From assembly GCA_050486505.1 (NCBI GenBank), contig JBJHDK010000031.1, forward strand, positions 1 to 27,015: a stretch of 27,015 nucleotides of DNA, written 5' to 3'. This document shows positions 24,923 to 27,015 of the stretch, one piece after another. The notes beneath the pieces were generated by a model, which saw nothing but the letters and a program-made list of their open reading frames with translations, was not told the DNA's origin and made no database searches. The stretch comes from Fibrobacteria bacterium. GTDB taxonomy: Bacteria > Fibrobacterota > Fibrobacteria > UBA11236. The translations under genes were made by a program, and so were the position numbers. Within the stretch, counting starts at the first letter, position 1. The number at the start of each line of letters is the position of its first letter.

Positions 24923-26614
24923 TCAGCCGCGCGTCAACGGCTTGTACTGAATCCTGTGCGGCGTGTCGGCGTCGATCCCGAGCCTCTTCCGGCGGTTCTC
25001 TTCGTACGCCTGGTAGTTGCCCTCAAACCACACCACCTGCGAGTCGCCCTCGAAGGCGAGAATGTGGGTGGCAAGGCGGTCGAGGAACCAGCGGTCGTGG
25101 GAGATGATGACGGCGCAGCCCGAGAATTCGGAGATGGCCATTTCGAGCCCCTGCAGGGTATCCACGTCGAGGTCGTTGGTGGGTTCGTCGAGCAGCAGCA
25201 GGTTGCCACCGGTTTGCAGTAGCTTCGCGAGGTGCACGCGGTTGCGCTCGCCGCCCGAGAGATCCTTGACCTTCTTCTGCTGGTCGCTGCCGCCGAAGTT
25301 GAATTTGCCCACGTAGGCGCGGGCATTGACCTCCACGCCACCCTCTCCACCGAGCTTGATCAGGTCCTTGTCCCCCCCGGCGATTTCGGTGAACACCGTG
25401 TTCTCCCCGTTGAGTGTGTCGCGGCTTTGGTCGACATATGACAGTTTCACGCTGTCGCCGACGCGCAGCTCGCCCGCATCCGGCTTCTCTTGTCCGGTGA
25501 TGAGGCGGAACAGCGTGGTCTTGCCCGCGCCGTTGGGGCCGATGACTCCGACGATGCCCGCCTTGGGAAGATTGAAGCTCAGGTTTTCGAACAGGAGCTT
25601 GTCGCCATAGGCTTTGGCCAGGCCCTTGGCCTCGATCACGAGGTCGCCAAGGCGTGGCCCCGGCGGAATCGAGATCTGTGCACCCTTGAGTTTTTCCGGC
25701 GTGGCTTGTTTCACCAGGTCTTCATAGGAGGAGAGGCGCGCCTTGCCCTTGCTCTGCCGCGCCTTGGGGGACATGCGTACCCACTCGAGCTCGGCCTTGA
25801 GCTGGCGCTGGCGTCGGCTTTCTTCCTTCTCCTCCTGCGCGAGGCGCGCGGCCTTTTGTTCGAGCCACGCGGAGTAGTTGCCCTCGTAGGGGTAGCCGCG
25901 GCCGCGGTCGAGCTCCAAGATCCAGCCGACGACGCTGTCGAGGAAGTAGCGGTCGTGGGTGACGAGGATGACGGAGCCCTTGTAGGCGGCGAGGTGCGTT
26001 TGCAGCCACGCCACGGACTCGGCGTCGAGATGGTTGGTGGGTTCGTCGAGCAGCAGCAGGTCGGGTTTCTCAAGCAGCAGTTTGCAGAGCGCGACGCGGC
26101 GCTTTTCACCGCCGGAGAGGTTGGTCACGGGGGAGTCGGGCGGCGGCAGGCGCAGGGCGTCCATGGCGATTTCGAGGTGGCGGTCGAGCTCCCACAGATC
26201 CTGGGCTTCGATCTGGTCTTGCAGCTTGCCCTGTTTGTCGAGGAGTTTTTCCATTTCGGCGTCGGTCATCTCTTCGCCGAGCTTCATGGAGATCTCTTCG
26301 AAGTCCTTCAGCAGTTTTTTGCTGGCGGCCACGGCGAGCTCGACGTTCTCTTTCACCGTGAGGTTGGGGTCGAGCTGGGGTTCTTGCGAGAGGTAGCCGA
26401 CGGTGCGGCCGTTCTCCAGCCAGGCTTCGCCGTCGAAGTTGGTGTCGATGCCGGCCATGATTTTCATGAGCGTCGACTTACCGGCGCCGTTGTAGCCGAT
26501 GATGCCGATCTTGGCGCCGTAGTAGAACGACAGGGAGACGTTGTCGAGGACCTTTTTCGCCGGGGGGTAGGTCTTGGACAGGCGGTGCATGTAGTAGATG
26601 AATTTTTCGGCCAT
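24923..26614 (-). CDS. ettA: Energy-dependent translational throttle protein EttA (ABC-F ATPase)
   Basis: [19 protein letters not shown], two ABC cassettes ([19 protein letters not shown]), [14 protein letters not shown] linker and PHRIQYK terminus. Confidence 0.96.
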   Translation of the reverse strand: MAEKFIYYMHRLSKTYPPAKKVLDNVSLSFYYGAKIGIIGYNGAGKSTLMKIMAGIDTNFDGEAWLENGRTVGYLSQEPQLDPNLTVKENVELAVAASKKLLKDFEEISMKLGEEMTDAEMEKLLDKQGKLQDQIEAQDLWELDRHLEIAMDALRLPPPDSPVTNLSGGEKRRVALCKLLLEKPDLLLLDEPTNHLDAESVAWLQTHLAAYKGSVILVTHDRYFLDSVVGWILELDRGRGYPYEGNYSAWLEQKAARLAQEEKEESRRQRQLKAELEWVRMSPKARQSKGKARLSSYEDLVKQATPEKLKGAQISIPPGPRLGDLVIEAKGLAKAYGDKLLFENLSFNLPKAGIVGVIGPNGAGKTTLFRLITGQEKPDAGELRVGDSVKLSYVDQSRDTLNGENTVFTEIAGGDKDLIKLGGEGGVEVNARAYVGKFNFGGSDQQKKVKDLSGGERNRVHLAKLLQTGGNLLLLDEPTNDLDVDTLQGLEMAISEFSGCAVIISHDRWFLDRLATHILAFEGDSQVVWFEGNYQAYEENRRKRLGIDADTPHRIQYKPLTRG

Positions 26615-26885
26615 TTTGGGCATCCAGGTCAGGGGAAGAGGCAAAAATCAGGGAGATTTGGAGGGGGGAAAGGTAGGAAAGGCCGGGAGATCCGGGACTG
26701 CACCATGAAGGTCGCCGGAGGTGAATGAGTCAAATGGTATGGGGGGCGTATGCGACGGAGCAATGGGTCAGGATGAGGCTGAAACTTCAATATGGAGTCA
26801 GGTATACGCACTTATGTGCGTGTAGATACAATATGAGGGCAAAATGATCCTATATTATCTCCAAGGTTTCATATGGAGTGGATCT

Positions 26886-27015
26886 ATGCGTGCGGGAACT
26901 TATCAACGGCAACCGACAGGTTATCGAGCCTTCGTTCCGACCAAGCTGCCGCCTACACCTCCCGTCCGGTTTGAAGGGAAGCTTCAGGGCTTGCTGTCGC
27001 GGGCAGATCGTGCCT
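26886..27015 (+). CDS. Fic-family protein, N-terminal part (truncated by window edge)
   Basis: Hand translation MRAGTYQRQPTGYRAFVPTKLPPTPP...LLSRADRA matches the typical N-terminus of long Fic proteins; GGAG RBS. The catalytic HPFxDGNGR motif is not visible in the window. Confidence 0.7.
   Translation, partial: MRAGTYQRQPTGYRAFVPTKLPPTPPVRFEGKLQGLLSRADRA

Noticed and set aside
25490..26728. 412 aa plus-strand ORF
   Set aside because: Antisense shadow of ettA.
1..27015. tRNA, rRNA, transposase or integrase genes
   Set aside because: None recognised; nearly all sequence is accounted for by protein-coding genes.

Overview
GC-rich bacterial chromosomal window. Bases 1-9956 hold the distal S10-spc-alpha ribosomal protein cluster, from partial rplV through secY, infA, rpmJ, rpsM, rpsK and rpoA to rplQ. 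adk, map and rpsD are not at their usual positions. After a terminator come uvrC, an AbrB/VapC toxin-antitoxin pair, a SAM methyltransferase and a SulP transporter. Bases 15.5-20.3 kb hold a divergent four-gene ebo-like cyclitol locus: a TIM-barrel isomerase and a sugar-phosphate cyclase on the minus strand, and EboE and an EboF-like phosphodiesterase on the plus strand. The cyclase carries 2-deoxy-scyllo-inosose synthase (BtrC/DOIS) signatures rather than those of EboD or AroB, and this is the most interesting feature. Next are an XPB-helicase-associated/WYL-like gene bracketed by two related REP-like hairpins, ispH, rpmB, a beta-hydroxyacid dehydrogenase, ettA and the start of a Fic-family gene. 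Two related ~130-140 bp elements bounded by inverted heptamer arrays (18.8 kb and 24.8 kb) each contain a mini-ORF and supply the ribosome-binding site of the downstream gene. All family assignments come from motif recognition by eye; no searches were run.
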